Part shown: positions 63,154 to 64,000 of the stretch, piece after piece | How the letters are laid out: each line of letters starts with the position of its first letter | How positions within the stretch are numbered: position 1 is the stretch's first letter | NCBI GenBank assembly: GCA_021731365.1 | Contig: JAKFXL010000036.1 | Span: 2,503-66,502, forward strand | Length of the DNA stretch: 64,000 bases | Origin: Gammaproteobacteria bacterium | Lineage (GTDB): Bacteria; Pseudomonadota; Gammaproteobacteria; Tenderiales; Tenderiaceae | Reading direction: 5' to 3' | Position numbers and translations under genes: made by a program | Notes under the pieces: model-generated | Told to the model about the DNA's origin: nothing | Database searches by the model: none | What the model saw: the letters and a program-made list of their open reading frames with translations, nothing else

Positions 63154-64000
63154 ATGGGCCCTGAGTACGATGACAAGTTCTTGCAGGAAACTCTAGCCCG
63201 CGCTCTCGCGGAGGAAGATAGTTACTGCGTACCTAAAGGCATCATTCGCTTTGATTACGGAAACACCCATGGCTGGTGGGTGCGCGTAAAAAGAGACAAC
63301 ACCCCGTTCCGGCAGCTATTCAGCGATGGCAATGGCAGCATTGCTGATTCGCTGAATAAAGCCATCCTGTATCGGCATGAATTGTTATCGTCATTTCCTA
63401 TGACGATCAAAGTAGCTCATAGCAGGAGCCTGCCGCTTGAACCCGAGAAACGCATATTCAGGGTAGAAGAAAAAGGTAAAAAGCAACCGTACATTGCTTG
63501 GGAAGCCAAATGGTACGACGAGAACTATGCAATAAAGCATGCGCATTTCTCGGTTAAAAAGTTTGGCGAAGATGAAGCAAAAGCTCTGGCGCTCGCAGCC
63601 GCACGCAAAAATCACAACAGACGGCCAAAACTTACAAAGATTCCTGATAACTACTTCACACACGAGTGCAAGAAAATCCTTCGCGCTGATCTTGCTGTAG
63701 CAGCCACCATTAATAGCCGTAAATCCAGCACCGCTGGGAAACAACCGTCCGAAATCATCAGCACAGACCCTTTTGCTTTTGAGGGCGAGAGGTACCTTGT
63801 TCTTCATCGTTCCATCGAGAGGGATCGGAAAATTAGAACTGCAAAATTGACCGATTTCATTCAGAAGCATGGTTCGCTTTTTTGTGAACTATGTTCATTC
63901 AGGTTTTCCGATACCTACCCCTTTCTGAAGAAAGACATAATTGAAGTGCATCATATGGTTCCGCTGTCCACATTAACAAAGGTGACAGAGACAAAACTTA
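63154..64000 (+). CDS. twin AP2-domain + HNH endonuclease (integron cassette 5, 3'-truncated by the window)
   Basis: own translation gives MGPEYDDKF...GWWVRVKRD... / ...HFSVKKFGEDEAKALALAAAR (AP2-like) and ...FCELCSFRF...EVHHMVP (HNH); the frame is open to the window end. Confidence 0.6.
   Translation, partial: MGPEYDDKFLQETLARALAEEDSYCVPKGIIRFDYGNTHGWWVRVKRDNTPFRQLFSDGNGSIADSLNKAILYRHELLSSFPMTIKVAHSRSLPLEPEKRIFRVEEKGKKQPYIAWEAKWYDENYAIKHAHFSVKKFGEDEAKALALAAARKNHNRRPKLTKIPDNYFTHECKKILRADLAVAATINSRKSSTAGKQPSEIISTDPFAFEGERYLVLHRSIERDRKIRTAKLTDFIQKHGSLFCELCSFRFSDTYPFLKKDIIEVHHMVPLSTLTKVTETKL

Larger units (their letters stand above)
59132..64000. mobile_element. chromosomal integron: intI, attI region and a cassette array of at least 5 cassettes that continues past the window end
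   Basis: IntI plus successive attC sites with complementary R''(xxCTAAC)/R'(GTTAGxx) cores and co-oriented cassette ORFs; AT-rich relative to the flanking genome. Confidence 0.85.

Noticed and set aside
63391-63870. 159-aa minus-strand ORF in the last cassette
   Set aside because: It is antisense to a longer plus-strand frame that shows AP2-like and HNH motifs. Its own translation has no features and is Phe/Cys-rich.

Overview
This is a GC-rich gammaproteobacterial chromosome segment. The core genes support that assignment: a fused-A/B mrp antiporter operon, cysE-iscR-iscSUA-hscBA-fdx-iscX, and the cluster ndk-rlmN-pilW-rodZ-ispG-hisS-yfgM-bamB-der. From the start the window holds sfsA, mrpA(B)CDEFG, cysC, pyrD, an ABC-2 exporter pair, a PilZ protein, acnB and tag. 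Next comes a high-GC pocket encoding a secreted Kelch-repeat protein and a secreted partner. The window continues with tandem-USP, a PIIA-type P-type ATPase, an SDR, tRNA-Asp, rhlE, a two-gene carboxypeptidase-regulatory-domain/TPR operon, purEK, folD, fdxA, mutS and suhB/trmJ. The complete isc operon follows, with cysE upstream and an extra NifS-like desulfurase. After it come ndk through der and a large divergent class-A-PBP-like protein. The most notable region is the last ~5 kb, which is AT-rich: a chromosomal integron (interval 59132..64000, cassette array runs past the window). It has a minus-strand integron integrase whose promoter is overlapped by a perfect LexA box. At least four attC sites with paired R''/R' cores delimit the gene cassettes. 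Cassettes are: periplasmic Cu/Zn superoxide dismutase (sodC), outer-membrane phospholipase A (pldA), an ORF-less cassette, a 131-aa hypothetical, and a partial twin-AP2 + HNH endonuclease. Other points are in the findings: a 34-bp element in two copies, direct repeats in the long mrp leader, internal DNA repeats in the TPR gene, and an antiporter-like fragment beside the P-type ATPase. Many long antisense ORFs in the GC-rich stretches are judged spurious.
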